Source: a virus. From it: a stretch of 35,334 bases of DNA. The stretch spans positions 1-35,334 of the IMG/VR virus record IMGVR_UViG_3300045938_000009; one strand, 5' to 3'. The notes beneath the pieces were generated by a model. That model was given only the letters and a program-made list of their open reading frames with translations, was not told the DNA's origin and ran no database searches. A program made the position numbers and the translations under genes. Numbering within the stretch: position 1 is the stretch's first letter; every line of letters begins with the position of its first letter. Positions 1 through 8,917 of this stretch are shown in pieces.

Positions 1-749
1 TGTGTACGTGGTTTCAACTGTAGAGCGATACCGAGTGCGTCCTTGTGGAAGGCAACACCAGTTTCTTGTACAGGAGTACCAGCAACGCTAGGGAAGTTCT
101 GAGACATAACTACGTCAAAGCCGTAGATTGTACCAGTCTTACCGTTAACGATTGCTTGACCAGTTCCAAGAGCGTCGTAACGTACGTACTTGTCGATTGC
201 AAGCATTTGACCGTTTTGTGTTGGGCCAAGTGCAAGTGTTCGGTCAGTAGTAGGTGCTTTAGCGATGTCGAGCTTAACCTTAGCAGACAAGATAGTCGCG
301 TCAGTAAGTGCAGTACCGAATGTACCAACAGCAGTCTGAGTTGAACCAAGCTTTAGCTCTGTAAGGATAGTAGTGTCGATTGCCTCAGCGATTGCGTAAG
401 CCGCAGCCTTAGTAAATTCAGAACGAAGGTCAGCTTTCGCTTGGATCTTCGCGATGTCTTCAATAAGGTATGAACTTTCGTAGTGCTGGTCAATAGGGAT
501 AGTAACAGATGTAGCAGTTTGACCGTTAAGTGTAACCTGTGTGTTAGGAAGCTTAACGTTTGCGCTTGCTAGTGGTACGAATGGTACTACAACGCTTTTA
601 CCGTAGTCTGATACTTCTGCGTCAAAGTGCTTAACACGATCAACAAGGATCAAGTTAGACTTCAAAATGTCCATGACGTCGTTAGCCCATACTGATGGTG
701 CAAACTGAGTCGTAGTTGTAACGGTCTGGTTTCCAGTTCCGAGTGGCAT
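1..749 (-). CDS. Major capsid protein, T7 gp10-like (5' part; ORF wraps through the window ends and finishes at 35105)
   Basis: Absent from the ORF track because it runs off the window edge. A - strand ATG at 749 follows GGAGAA, and the frame is open down to base 1 (MPLGTGNQTVTTTTQFAPSVWANDVMD...). The segment IPIDQHYESSYLIEDIAKIQAKADLRSEFTKAAAYAIAEAIDTTILTEL parallels T7 gp10 ITIDGLLTADVLIYDIEDAMNHYDVRSEYTSQLGESLAMAADGAVLAEI (recalled from memory). Bases 1-127 equal 35208-35334, so the frame joins 35105..35334 for a total of 852 nt. Confidence 0.85.
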   Translation of the reverse strand, partial: MPLGTGNQTVTTTTQFAPSVWANDVMDILKSNLILVDRVKHFDAEVSDYGKSVVVPFVPLASANVKLPNTQVTLNGQTATSVTIPIDQHYESSYLIEDIAKIQAKADLRSEFTKAAAYAIAEAIDTTILTELKLGSTQTAVGTFGTALTDATILSAKVKLDIAKAPTTDRTLALGPTQNGQMLAIDKYVRYDALGTGQAIVNGKTGTIYGFDVVMSQNFPSVAGTPVQETGVAFHKDALGIALQLKPRT

Positions 750-774
750 GTGAATGTTCTCCAATAGTTATAAA

Positions 775-1533
775 CTACGAAGCTAAAATGCGCTCAAGTG
801 TGGCCTGGTTCTGTGGGTTCTGACGCCCTTCTGTTCCGAGGCTAGCGTACCATTGTTCTACGTTGTCTTTAGTCAAAGATGTAGAGGTCTGCGCTGAACT
901 TGCACCGCCCTTAACTGCCGTAGCAAGTTGTTTGTTTGCAAGTTTCTTAAGGGCTTCTTGGCCACCTTCGTTTCGGATAGCATCTTTGTCTATCTTCTGT
1001 GCTGGGACTGCAATTGCACGGAACTCATCAAGTGTGAGTAAGCCATTAGTCAGTAGTTCTGCTGCACGTGGGTTTTTCTGTGCGTACTCACCCATAGCTG
1101 CATCTTCTTCTGGTGTAACGTTGTTAGCTTCCTTCCAGTTGCGGATGACCTTCTCATTCTGTAACTGCGTTGCAATGGCTAGTGCCTGCTCTGCTTGTGA
1201 AGCGTTCGGGTCATTTGCTGGCGCAGTAAGCTGCTTCTCTAGTTCACTTGCTTGTTGTGCTTTGGTATGGAATGATTTCTCTGCTTCCCTCATGGACTTT
1301 AAAGCTTTCGCTTGTCCTTCAGGAGTGGATAGGTCAATACCTTTTTTCGCTGCCCATTCACTTAAGTCATCTTCGGCTGAGTTGTCTGATTGCTCAGGCT
1401 CTTCCTCTTGACCCTCTGGTGTCTCTGTCGTAGTTTCGACTGCCGTTTCTTCGATCTGCTCTTCTGGTTGTGTCTCTTCAACGCCAGTGACTACAGATGC
1501 GTCTACTTCGGGTGTAGTTTCATCTTCGTTCAT
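775..1533 (-). CDS. Putative scaffolding protein
   Basis: 252 aa with an acidic E/T/P-rich N-terminus followed by an Ala/Gln/Lys-rich helical region. It lies between the portal and capsid genes, like T7 gp9. The call rests on position and composition only. Confidence 0.55.
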   Translation of the reverse strand: MNEDETTPEVDASVVTGVEETQPEEQIEETAVETTTETPEGQEEEPEQSDNSAEDDLSEWAAKKGIDLSTPEGQAKALKSMREAEKSFHTKAQQASELEKQLTAPANDPNASQAEQALAIATQLQNEKVIRNWKEANNVTPEEDAAMGEYAQKNPRAAELLTNGLLTLDEFRAIAVPAQKIDKDAIRNEGGQEALKKLANKQLATAVKGGASSAQTSTSLTKDNVEQWYASLGTEGRQNPQNQATLERILAS

Positions 1534-1642
1534 TGTTGCTCCTTAATTGTTTGCTGCACCTTTTAAGGGGTGCTAATGAGGTAGAACATAATCACTTTGG
1601 ACGGGTAATTATTTATATGGTGTTCCACCCCAATAGCAACGC

Positions 1643-1927
1643 TTAAACTGTACTATCGCCCTTAGACTTTAGCTTCTCCTTTAGCATCTTAACGAGTGAC
1701 GGGCTAGACACAATAGTTTGCGCGGTCTGAAAGTAAGACAGTTCATCATCGTATGCTGTGGCCTTCACGCTTAACGCACGGCTTTCTGCTTCTGAGATGT
1801 TCATTAGTCCAGCTTTCTTGCGATACTCGTCTCTAATGCGCTCTAAACGGGTGATATAGTGCTTTCCCCATTCACTCTGTACGAACTTAGTAGCCTCTTG
1901 TGCTACAGCTAGTGAGTTATCAGCCAT
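1643..1927 (-). CDS. Hypothetical protein (94 aa) between portal and scaffold
   Basis: Its ATG overlaps the portal stop (TAATG at 1925-1929). The protein is helical and K/E-rich with no recognisable motif. Confidence 0.6.
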   Translation of the reverse strand: MADNSLAVAQEATKFVQSEWGKHYITRLERIRDEYRKKAGLMNISEAESRALSVKATAYDDELSYFQTAQTIVSSPSLVKMLKEKLKSKGDSTV

Positions 1928-3705
1928 TAGACTGGTGCTCCTGTTGGTGAAAGTTGTGGCGCAGGAGGAAGCGCACCAGCCATAGGATCAGCAGGTAATG
2001 CGTTAGGGTCGAGTGGCATACCAGTTGCAGGGTCTACAGCGCCCTCTGCGATTGGGTCTGGTTCAGGTGGGGTAATGATAGCGTCAATGTCCTCTTGTGA
2101 TAGGTCAAATATCTTAGGAAGGAGAATCTTCTTGATCTCGTCTAGGTTGTTCGTAGGGTCTTGGATAAGAATCTGGTACGCTTGTAGGTTTTCCTTCTTA
2201 GCGTTTGCCTTTTTGTTCTCGGAGTCAATCTCGAGTGATACGTTAGGAGTCCAGTCACCTGTGTAGTCAGCAGGATCAAACACTTGTGTGTTCTTAGGAA
2301 GGTTCAACATGTCACCGCTAGGCATTTGGAACTCAGTGTCAACAGCTGCTTCCATACCTTCAGCAGATACTACCATAGGTTCAGTTATGTAAAGCTGAAT
2401 CATACGGAAAAGTAATTGACCCATGTAAAAGAAGCCGTCTTTCTCGAGCATACGGGCTTTAATCTCAATACGCTGTGAAGCCTGGTTAAGTTGTGCGTTC
2501 ACCTCTGTTGCAGTGGTGTTCTTGACGTTAGCCGCACCCTTAGCTACTTGGTCGATAGCTGTAGTCTCACGGATCTCGTTCTTGATATTCATGCGCTCAT
2601 TGAATGAGTTAGCAGGCAAAATAGGAGGCGAGTAGAAGCCCATTGTTCCATCTTTGAATGGGTAAACGGTGTCAGGGTCATTGTTGATTAGGTCAAGCCA
2701 GTCCTCGTTTGCAGGGTCTAACCAGCGTTGAGGGGCAAGCTGCTTGATAATATAGTCACCTTCTTGATTGTCCATGTCATTCAAACGCTCTTGCAGTGCT
2801 GCAATAGGTTCGATCTCACTCTTACCGTAGAAAAGAGATACATCAGTGTAGTTACGTAAGAATACGAAAGGAAGTAATCCCTTAGGGTTCTTGTCGCCAC
2901 GTTCCTGTGCTTGGATCTTGTAAGGGTTATCAATCTCTTCGATGATGAACTTGCGGTTAAGCATTGTAACCACTTTGTCCATATCCCAGATCTCGATAAG
3001 CTCTACCTGGTGGTCGGCAGCGTCAGGCATAGTAGAACCCATAAACATATTCTTAATGTCTTGGTCTGTGTCATCCTTCTTCATTGAACCAATTTCTTCC
3101 TCAGTAGGAAGGTTGAAGCGTTTGATAAGATCGCCGTATGTCTTTGATTCTTCGTCAGTGTCTACCACTTCGTAGGTCTTTAGCTCATCCAGCGTTGAGT
3201 AATAGCGGCGGCCAGCATAGCCTAGGTTCTCAGGGCTTGTAGCAGTTGGGTCGATAATAGCATCCCTAATAGAGAAGTGAATCATACGAGGACGGTCAAT
3301 ATCCCAATAGAAGAATAGTGCAGCAGTACCTACTTTAAGGTTTTCCTTCTCTGCTTCGTAGATCTTTACATCCCAACGGTCAGCTTCCCAGAAGTCATCC
3401 AGTAGAGAGTTAAGGGGTTCAACCTTCTTCTGTTGCATAGGGTCATACGGTGTCCAGTCAAAGCGTGGTCGTGAGTTACCAAGTGCAGCAGCCATAGTCT
3501 CGACAGTAGAGAATACCATTGGTACGAACGTATCAGTTAGCCCACCGTCATATGATTTACGTACACGCTGGTTGTTATAAAGCTTCCAGTCACGTTCCCA
3601 GCGATAGTGCCATGAGTCTTTCGCATAGTTCCAAGAGTCGTTAAAACGCTTCTTAGTTTTATCTAATACTTCGTTTTTCCCATCAATTTTCTTAGACTTT
3701 GCCAT
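1927..3705 (-). CDS. Portal protein
   Basis: 592 aa, immediately downstream of the large terminase and upstream of scaffold and capsid. The C-terminal tail is Pro/Ala-rich. Size and synteny are typical of portals. Confidence 0.8.
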   Translation of the reverse strand: MAKSKKIDGKNEVLDKTKKRFNDSWNYAKDSWHYRWERDWKLYNNQRVRKSYDGGLTDTFVPMVFSTVETMAAALGNSRPRFDWTPYDPMQQKKVEPLNSLLDDFWEADRWDVKIYEAEKENLKVGTAALFFYWDIDRPRMIHFSIRDAIIDPTATSPENLGYAGRRYYSTLDELKTYEVVDTDEESKTYGDLIKRFNLPTEEEIGSMKKDDTDQDIKNMFMGSTMPDAADHQVELIEIWDMDKVVTMLNRKFIIEEIDNPYKIQAQERGDKNPKGLLPFVFLRNYTDVSLFYGKSEIEPIAALQERLNDMDNQEGDYIIKQLAPQRWLDPANEDWLDLINNDPDTVYPFKDGTMGFYSPPILPANSFNERMNIKNEIRETTAIDQVAKGAANVKNTTATEVNAQLNQASQRIEIKARMLEKDGFFYMGQLLFRMIQLYITEPMVVSAEGMEAAVDTEFQMPSGDMLNLPKNTQVFDPADYTGDWTPNVSLEIDSENKKANAKKENLQAYQILIQDPTNNLDEIKKILLPKIFDLSQEDIDAIITPPEPDPIAEGAVDPATGMPLDPNALPADPMAGALPPAPQLSPTGAPV

Positions 3706-3748
3706 GTAGTTATATAATGCTTCAGTTTTAACCGTTTGTCCAGTGTTT

Positions 3749-4984
3749 TTATAAAGGTCGGGAATGTTTCGCTCTTGCTACCCATGCACTAGACTTGATC
3801 CTAGCCACCCCGCGACTTGCTTTCATAGCATCAAATGCGTATCTCACTGCGTCCATAGAGTTAGACCATTCATGTACACTATCGTCAGGCTTCCGTGTCT
3901 CTCGACCTTCTTTATCTAATCCCCACTTATAGTTCAAGTAAGCCGTATATGTCTTTACGCTGCGTGATGTAATACTAATTTGTTGATCTTTAACATACCC
4001 AATACCTTGTTCAACGCTGTCTGCTCCCTTAGTAACGGCAATGATATTTATACCGTAGTTGTATATCTCATCAATACTTTTAGGCTCTGCGCTATCAGCT
4101 ACTACTAAAGCCTTAGGCTGGTTATCTAATATGTCAGCTATTGCCTTGTTACTTAAACCTTTTTGATACGCTATCTCGTCAATGATATAGCCGCCGTTAT
4201 AGTAGTAAAGAGCCACGATGACGGTAGGGTCAACTGAGTAACCAAAGTCCACACCGTAACGCTCTAGACGTGCCTCGTGAGGTATCTCATCAATCTTAGC
4301 CCAGTTATTATAGATCCTACCCTGTAATGTATTAGGCATACCCAGCCATTTATGTTTATAAAGTGCAGGTCGTTTCTCTTTATCATCTTCAACTTCAAGT
4401 AAAAGCTCACTAGGCATATAACCGTATTTAATACCAATATCATAATTTAGATTTAAGATAAGTGTGTTTGGACGTCCTTCAACTACTAAGCGTACATGCA
4501 CAGGGTCTTCTTCTTCAAGTCGGTTGTAAGTATAGATAATTTGAGAACCAGGCTTACGGACTGTAGGCGTTAGGATCTCAATGCTTGTTTTAGATATAGT
4601 TTGCGCTTCTTCTATCCAAGCAATGTCTATGCCCTCAATGGATTTAATACTCTGTTCGTTCCTATGTAAACCTTTAAATATAAAATCTGATCCGTTAACT
4701 GTGTTTACAATAGAGTTCTCTGTCACTCTAAATCCTGTTAATTCGTACTTGTTGATAAGATCTGCTAACAATTGATGAGATGATTCACCAATAGAGTTTT
4801 GGAACTCACGACCACATAGTACACGTGTCTTTTCTTGCATTGCTCTAATCAAAAGAAAGCGTGCAACCGTATGAGACTTTAAAGAGAAACGACCACCGTA
4901 TACAGCAGCCTCACGCCAATCTCTATCGAAGAGACGTTTGTATTCAATTGGTATCTGTATTGTCTTTTGGTTCATCTTGTCCAA
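3749..4984 (-). CDS. terL: Terminase large subunit (PBSX/XtmB-like type)
   Basis: 411 aa with a deviant Walker A (YGGRFSLKS), VLCGREFQNSIGESS, a Walker B-like motif (DIAWIEEAQ) and a nuclease-half motif (GVDFGYSVDPT). The start may be the internal ATG at 4975. Confidence 0.9.
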   Translation of the reverse strand: MDKMNQKTIQIPIEYKRLFDRDWREAAVYGGRFSLKSHTVARFLLIRAMQEKTRVLCGREFQNSIGESSHQLLADLINKYELTGFRVTENSIVNTVNGSDFIFKGLHRNEQSIKSIEGIDIAWIEEAQTISKTSIEILTPTVRKPGSQIIYTYNRLEEEDPVHVRLVVEGRPNTLILNLNYDIGIKYGYMPSELLLEVEDDKEKRPALYKHKWLGMPNTLQGRIYNNWAKIDEIPHEARLERYGVDFGYSVDPTVIVALYYYNGGYIIDEIAYQKGLSNKAIADILDNQPKALVVADSAEPKSIDEIYNYGINIIAVTKGADSVEQGIGYVKDQQISITSRSVKTYTAYLNYKWGLDKEGRETRKPDDSVHEWSNSMDAVRYAFDAMKASRGVARIKSSAWVARAKHSRPL

Positions 4985-5450
4985 TAAACTGCACTAATAC
5001 AGGTAATTTATCACCACCGCTAGTTAAGTCTGTTTCTGTCTTGTCTTTCCAGCCAAAGTTGTTTTTCAAGTTGAAGATAGCACCAGATTGATTGCTGGTT
5101 TCCATTAGTCGAGTCTCAACATCTTCTTGTACTCTTTCACGAGCATCTTTTATAGTGCCGAAATATTCATCTCGTTTACCGTAGTTTAAAAGAGTATCAC
5201 GGTCTATCCCTAAGCGTCTAGCAAGCCCAGACATTGTATAAGGAGCAGGTGAACTGATCTCCATGTTGTCGCCTAGATCTTTGATGTAAATGCTCTTAGT
5301 GCGGTTGTCACACCAGTCAAAGTATTCATCAATAACCTTAGCTAACTCTTCATTAGTTTTAAAGAGTAAAGGCCGCCCAACTGGATTTTTAGTAGACGAC
5401 TGAGTTGTAAGATCTTTGTCTTGCTCTGTCATATGTTCGTATAATACCAC
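4944..5450 (-). CDS. terS: Terminase small subunit
   Basis: 168 aa. GRPLLFKTNEELAKVIDEYFDWC plus the HTH-like YTMSGLARRLGIDRDTLLNY resemble small terminases. It overlaps the terL start. Confidence 0.7.
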   Translation of the reverse strand: MVLYEHMTEQDKDLTTQSSTKNPVGRPLLFKTNEELAKVIDEYFDWCDNRTKSIYIKDLGDNMEISSPAPYTMSGLARRLGIDRDTLLNYGKRDEYFGTIKDARERVQEDVETRLMETSNQSGAIFNLKNNFGWKDKTETDLTSGGDKLPVLVQFIGQDEPKDNTDTN

Positions 5451-5725
5451 TAATGTTTGATAAAAGAAAAGAGGCGTTTTATTCTTTGTAGGATTGTTTC
5501 TTTCTTGTTAAACCAAATACTTCCAGACCATACGGGTTTGTAGTCTGGTATATCCCATTGAACTAACTCCCATTTACTCGAAGGACGATTGTACTCATAC
5601 CCTTCAAAATCTTCTTTACCTAAAATAACACCTTTAAGTCCACCCCAATCTACAATTTTATCACCGCGTTTAAACTTAACATTTCCGTCATTCATTTCTT
5701 TTTGCTGAATAGGTTCTTTAGCCAT
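5450..5725 (-). CDS. Hypothetical protein (91 aa)
   Basis: ORF in the co-directional operon; its stop abuts the terS start. No motif recognised. Confidence 0.6.
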   Translation of the reverse strand: MAKEPIQQKEMNDGNVKFKRGDKIVDWGGLKGVILGKEDFEGYEYNRPSSKWELVQWDIPDYKPVWSGSIWFNKKETILQRIKRLFSFIKH

Positions 5726-5832
5726 TTTCTTAATCCCCTTTGTCTACGTTGTTTAATCAATGCAAGTATCTCTTCTACTTGCTGTTTGTATTTACGTTCT
5801 CTGTACGATTGTCTATGAGGTTTCTTTTTCAT
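5692..5832 (-). CDS. Possible small basic protein (46 aa)
   Basis: Hand-translated as MKKKPHRQSYRERKYKQQVEEILALIKQRRQRGLRKWLKNLFSKKK. It fills an otherwise empty gap and overlaps the next start. Below the ORF-track size cut-off. Confidence 0.3.
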   Translation of the reverse strand: MKKKPHRQSYRERKYKQQVEEILALIKQRRQRGLRKWLKNLFSKKK

Positions 5833-5846
5833 GTGTAGCTATTATA

Positions 5847-6191
5847 CTAAATGTTTTCTGAGAGGTATCTTATAGGGTCTTCTGCTATTACCATTGAGCG
5901 AAGATTAACTTTCCAATTCTCAGCAATTACAACGTCCAAACCATCGTAAAGCATAATAGTATCTCCTGTTGTGTCCATATCAGAAACTTTTTGTTTTCCC
6001 CATAATGCCTTAGCAAAGTGATGATTATATTTAATCATAGGTATTGATAAGCCATGTACATTAAACGAAGGATCAATTAGTAAACTAACATCTTCCCAAG
6101 CGATTGATTTAGCCTGCTCAGACATAGTTCCTTTACATCCATTATCAATAGCTTTCTGTATAGCCTTCTCTAATACTTCTTTATCGCTCAT
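5847..6191 (-). CDS. Hypothetical protein, paralog of 6188..6496
   Basis: 114 aa. It shares KAIxKAxxNG, FAKALWGxxKV and a YLxENI C-terminus with its neighbour. Confidence 0.65.
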   Translation of the reverse strand: MSDKEVLEKAIQKAIDNGCKGTMSEQAKSIAWEDVSLLIDPSFNVHGLSIPMIKYNHHFAKALWGKQKVSDMDTTGDTIMLYDGLDVVIAENWKVNLRSMVIAEDPIRYLSENI

Positions 6192-6496
6192 ATATTCTCC
6201 TCTAAGTATTTAACACGATTCCACCGAACAGCCATAGCTTTTACATGTGCTTTCCAGGCTATCTCCTCATATGTATTGCCCCACTCTGCTAATACAGGTA
6301 CATTTACTTTTTCTTCACCCCAAAGAGCCTTTGCAAACGCTACATCGAACAGTAGTGTGTCTAGGTATACGGTCTTCTTACTGCCGAAGATTATATACTC
6401 TGCTTCTGGTGGCATATCAAAGTCTATACATCCGTATGAGTCCCAGCCATTTTTTTGCGCTTTACGTATGGCTTTAGTGACTATGGTTTTATTCAT
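6188..6496 (-). CDS. Hypothetical protein, paralog of 5847..6191
   Basis: 102 aa carrying the same motifs as its neighbour. The junction between the two is an ATGA overlap. Confidence 0.65.
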   Translation of the reverse strand: MNKTIVTKAIRKAQKNGWDSYGCIDFDMPPEAEYIIFGSKKTVYLDTLLFDVAFAKALWGEEKVNVPVLAEWGNTYEEIAWKAHVKAMAVRWNRVKYLEENI

Positions 6497-6596
6497 GGCA
6501 AATCACACAACCGTATTCATCAAACTCATACTTACTATTACCCTTTGTTACTATTCCCTTCTTCTTCCAGTGTCCGTGTAGTATTCTGTGTAGCAT
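6489..6596 (-). CDS. Possible micro-ORF (35 aa, His/Cys-containing)
   Basis: MLHRILHGHWKKKGIVTKGNSKYEFDEYGCVICHE. Its ATG directly follows the upstream stop, and its own stop overlaps the next start. Confidence 0.3.
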   Translation of the reverse strand: MLHRILHGHWKKKGIVTKGNSKYEFDEYGCVICHE

Positions 6597-6815
6597 TTAT
6601 TGCTCCTTAATTACGAATTTAGATAACTTAGACATTCTATCCTCCCAGTCATCTGCTATGTGTAAGTTATCTTTAGATAACCCATATTTATCAAATATAT
6701 TCATAGCAGATTCACCAGCTCCCATAAAATCGTGACCAAATGTACCACTACAATATTGTTCATACATTTGGCATAAAGAATAAAGGATTATAAACTCATT
6801 GTTAGTTAACTTCAC
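6597..6815 (-). CDS. Hypothetical protein (72 aa)
   Basis: ORF-track entry lying within the operon; no motif recognised. Confidence 0.6.
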   Translation of the reverse strand: MKLTNNEFIILYSLCQMYEQYCSGTFGHDFMGAGESAMNIFDKYGLSKDNLHIADDWEDRMSKLSKFVIKEQ

Positions 6816-6979
6816 TCGTTTATCCCCTCAAAATCTAATAATTGATACGTTACCTGAATTACCCTTCCACCTAATCTTTCTATACGAGCGTTGGCTACTT
6901 CAAGTCCTAAAGACTCACTGAACTGCTTTGTTTGCTCTTGTATCTCTACTGCTAGGGTCATTGGTTCGTTATCTCTCAT
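6812..6979 (-). CDS. Hypothetical protein (55 aa; shortened from track ORF 6812..7063)
   Basis: The internal ATG at 6979 follows AAAGGA at good spacing. The upstream 28 codons (MRVYLRHSAYFQYLQ...) look non-genic. Confidence 0.5.
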   Translation of the reverse strand: MRDNEPMTLAVEIQEQTKQFSESLGLEVANARIERLGGRVIQVTYQLLDFEGINE

Positions 6980-7098
6980 GTGGGTAGTCCTTTGTTGCGT
7001 CGTATACGAATAGTGCAACTGTAAATACTGAAAGTATGCTGAATGGCGTAAATATACACGCAATTACTATTGCTGCATCTCTTAGTAGTAAATGGCTT

Positions 7099-7314
7099 TT
7101 AGTTGTCATACGGAATCTCCACAGTCTCAGGAAATTGGTTCCTATATACTTTCTTTGCTTCTTTAGGCTTCATGAGACCGTCTAGAATCACATCACAAAG
7201 CGCAGTGCCTACTTTCATGCGTAAGTCCCTACGAGCTTGCTGCTGTGCTTCGTATGCGGCGTCAGCCTCTTCTTGAATACGCCGTGGTGACTTCCATGTC
7301 TCTTGCTTTTCCAT
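7099..7314 (-). CDS. Hypothetical protein (71 aa)
   Basis: ORF-track entry that abuts the whiB-like stop. Confidence 0.6.
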   Translation of the reverse strand: MEKQETWKSPRRIQEEADAAYEAQQQARRDLRMKVGTALCDVILDGLMKPKEAKKVYRNQFPETVEIPYDN

Positions 7315-7565
7315 TACTCTTCAAATCCCCTCATTCGTTTACGTTCCTCAGCAGACAAGCCGCCAGCGATGCCGTGTACATCACGCTCTGTTAGCTCGTT
7401 GCGTAGTGCGTCGGTTAAGCAGTCATTGACTACAACACAGTTTGCGCAAATCTTCTTAGCAAGTGCGACTCCGTGTCTGTCAGTAGGGAAAAGTGCTTCA
7501 GGGTCTGTCGAACTGCAATTCGCTTGTTCGTACCAGTTAGGATTGGTTAGTAGACGTTCAGACAT
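7314..7565 (-). CDS. whiB: WhiB-like (Wbl) Fe-S transcription factor
   Basis: 83 aa with four Cys spaced as in the family (C16...C41xxC44xxxxxC50), a GIAGG turn in place of the GIWGG turn typical of the family, and a basic tail (EERKRMR). Confidence 0.85.
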   Translation of the reverse strand: MSERLLTNPNWYEQANCSSTDPEALFPTDRHGVALAKKICANCVVVNDCLTDALRNELTERDVHGIAGGLSAEERKRMRGFEE

Positions 7566-7896
7566 TTACATACTCCCCGCATTCTAAGCACTGTTTTTGA
7601 GGTGGATTAGACATTAACATTACGTTACTGAATCGGTGTGTATGGACTGGCTCTAACTCTTTTAGCCTATGCAAATAATCAGTTCTAAGCTTTCCGTGGA
7701 CTATCTCACCAGTGCTAAGCTTGAACATGTCGTTGTACATACGCTCCGCGATACGTTCTTGTACCATTAACTTTTCAATAGCAGCAATGGCTTGTTTCTT
7801 ATCAATACCATGCTCACTTATGGAATCATAAAACTTTATCAGCTCTTCGAGTATCTGCTCTAATTCGCTAGACTGTGTATTGGTTGATTCAGTCAT
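7558..7896 (-). CDS. Hypothetical protein (112 aa) with C-terminal CxxC
   Basis: ORF-track entry ending in CLECGEYVNV. Confidence 0.6.
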   Translation of the reverse strand: MTESTNTQSSELEQILEELIKFYDSISEHGIDKKQAIAAIEKLMVQERIAERMYNDMFKLSTGEIVHGKLRTDYLHRLKELEPVHTHRFSNVMLMSNPPQKQCLECGEYVNV

Positions 7897-8144
7897 TTTA
7901 TTCTCCTTAATAGTTTTTCTATTTCACTTTCTGAAAGTTTCCATCCAAAATCTCTATAATGTGCTGGATTAAAATGCAACATCCCTTTATCGACAAGATT
8001 TTGTAACGCCGCAACACCTTCTTTGTTGTCTCCCCAAAATCCAAAGGTACTTATTTCGTGATGATATGCTCCAAAAGCACCTTTAAATTTACGACGAGCA
8101 ATAGCCATTATCTTGCGTTCAAGATCGCTGTCGTATTTACTCAT
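7893..8144 (-). CDS. Hypothetical protein (83 aa; start moved to ATG 8144)
   Basis: GAGGAG lies 7 nt upstream of the ATG at 8144. The track ORF extends to 8159. Confidence 0.6.
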   Translation of the reverse strand: MSKYDSDLERKIMAIARRKFKGAFGAYHHEISTFGFWGDNKEGVAALQNLVDKGMLHFNPAHYRDFGWKLSESEIEKLLRRIK

Positions 8145-8204
8145 TACTCGTCTCCTCAATTACTATTGGTGGGTATGGCAGAGGCCAGTTCTCTAGGTCA
8201 GGAT

Positions 8205-8327
8205 TCATGAGTGACCACCACCAACAAGCGCAGTAAACCCTACTATGAATACAATTACCCCTGCAACTGCTAGGGTAGCTACTACCCATTCAGCTACTTG
8301 TATTGTTATTCGTTTAGCTTTACTCAT
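8205..8327 (-). CDS. Possible small membrane protein (40 aa)
   Basis: MSKAKRITIQVAEWVVATLAVAGVIVFIVGFTALVGGGHS contains one clear TM helix. AAGAAGG lies upstream. Confidence 0.35.
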   Translation of the reverse strand: MSKAKRITIQVAEWVVATLAVAGVIVFIVGFTALVGGGHS

Positions 8328-8390
8328 AACGCCTTCTTGATCTCTGCTAATGTGCGATCATATTCTAAATAAATGCGGAACTTACTTAAT

Positions 8391-8609
8391 TTACTCGGTT
8401 TCATCTTGTTTCTTTCTTAGTAGCCCGTTAATTTTGCCGTGTTTTGCTGCTAACTCTCGGTTCACTGCAAATCCTTTAGGCTTCGTTGACTTCTTAGAGC
8501 CTCCTATAGCACCCCTTTGACGCATTGCTTCTCTGTAACCTTCTAGTGATCCGTACTTAGCTATCTCTGTAGCTTGACGTTTTAATCGTGATTCTTCGCT
8601 GTAAACCAT
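8391..8609 (-). CDS. Small basic protein with degenerate KGG-type motif
   Basis: 72 aa. GAIGGSKKSTKPKGFAVNRELAAKHGKING resembles the GG...GF...A..KGG repeat of stress-induced KGG proteins. Confidence 0.5.
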   Translation of the reverse strand: MVYSEESRLKRQATEIAKYGSLEGYREAMRQRGAIGGSKKSTKPKGFAVNRELAAKHGKINGLLRKKQDETE

Positions 8610-8917
8610 TAGTCCTCCTGCCCGTTAATTTGTCGCATATACGTTCGACCGCTGTATTCGTCGCGGTACTCTTCAAACTTATTAAACCGCTCTTGCTCTA
8701 CTTCTTCTGTGCCAGGGTATTTATCCCTTAGTTGACGGCGTACTCGTGTAATTGACTCAGCTACGGTTAGTTCCATAAACTTCTTCTTCTGTTCTGGTGT
8801 CATAATGAAACCCTCAGAAGCCCAATATGCACCGAGTAGTGCTTTGTCACTATCACGTAGCTTTGGGTTGTCGGCTAGAAGCTGCTCAACCTTTTCTTTT
8901 ACATTACTTCGTGACAT
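8609..8917 (-). CDS. Hypothetical protein (102 aa; start at ATG 8917)
   Basis: TAATG overlap with the upstream stop. The track extension (MGTRRTTRRACRGRKI) lies inside the upstream gene. Confidence 0.6.
   Translation of the reverse strand: MSRSNVKEKVEQLLADNPKLRDSDKALLGAYWASEGFIMTPEQKKKFMELTVAESITRVRRQLRDKYPGTEEVEQERFNKFEEYRDEYSGRTYMRQINGQED

Noticed and set aside
1-127. Terminal repeat as a genuine direct terminal repeat of the virion DNA
   Set aside because: It lies in the middle of the capsid ORF, and its length (127) equals a common assembler k-mer maximum. It is interpreted as a circular-closure overlap.
45-349. Track ORFs 45..344 (+) and 110..349 (-) at the window start
   Set aside because: Both lie inside the capsid reading frame (749..1, - strand), which is open throughout and has T7 gp10-like motifs. 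These are alternative-frame or antisense artefacts.
863-1433. + strand ORFs 863..1411 and 1248..1433
   Set aside because: They are antisense to the scaffold gene, with Ser/Ala/Cys-rich composition typical of the reverse frame of a Glu/Ala-rich gene.
1534-1642. Possible promoter or hairpin between the 94-aa gene and the scaffold gene
   Set aside because: There is only a short GCACC/GGTGC hairpin and no convincing -35/-10 pair or U-tract, which is insufficient to call a regulatory feature.
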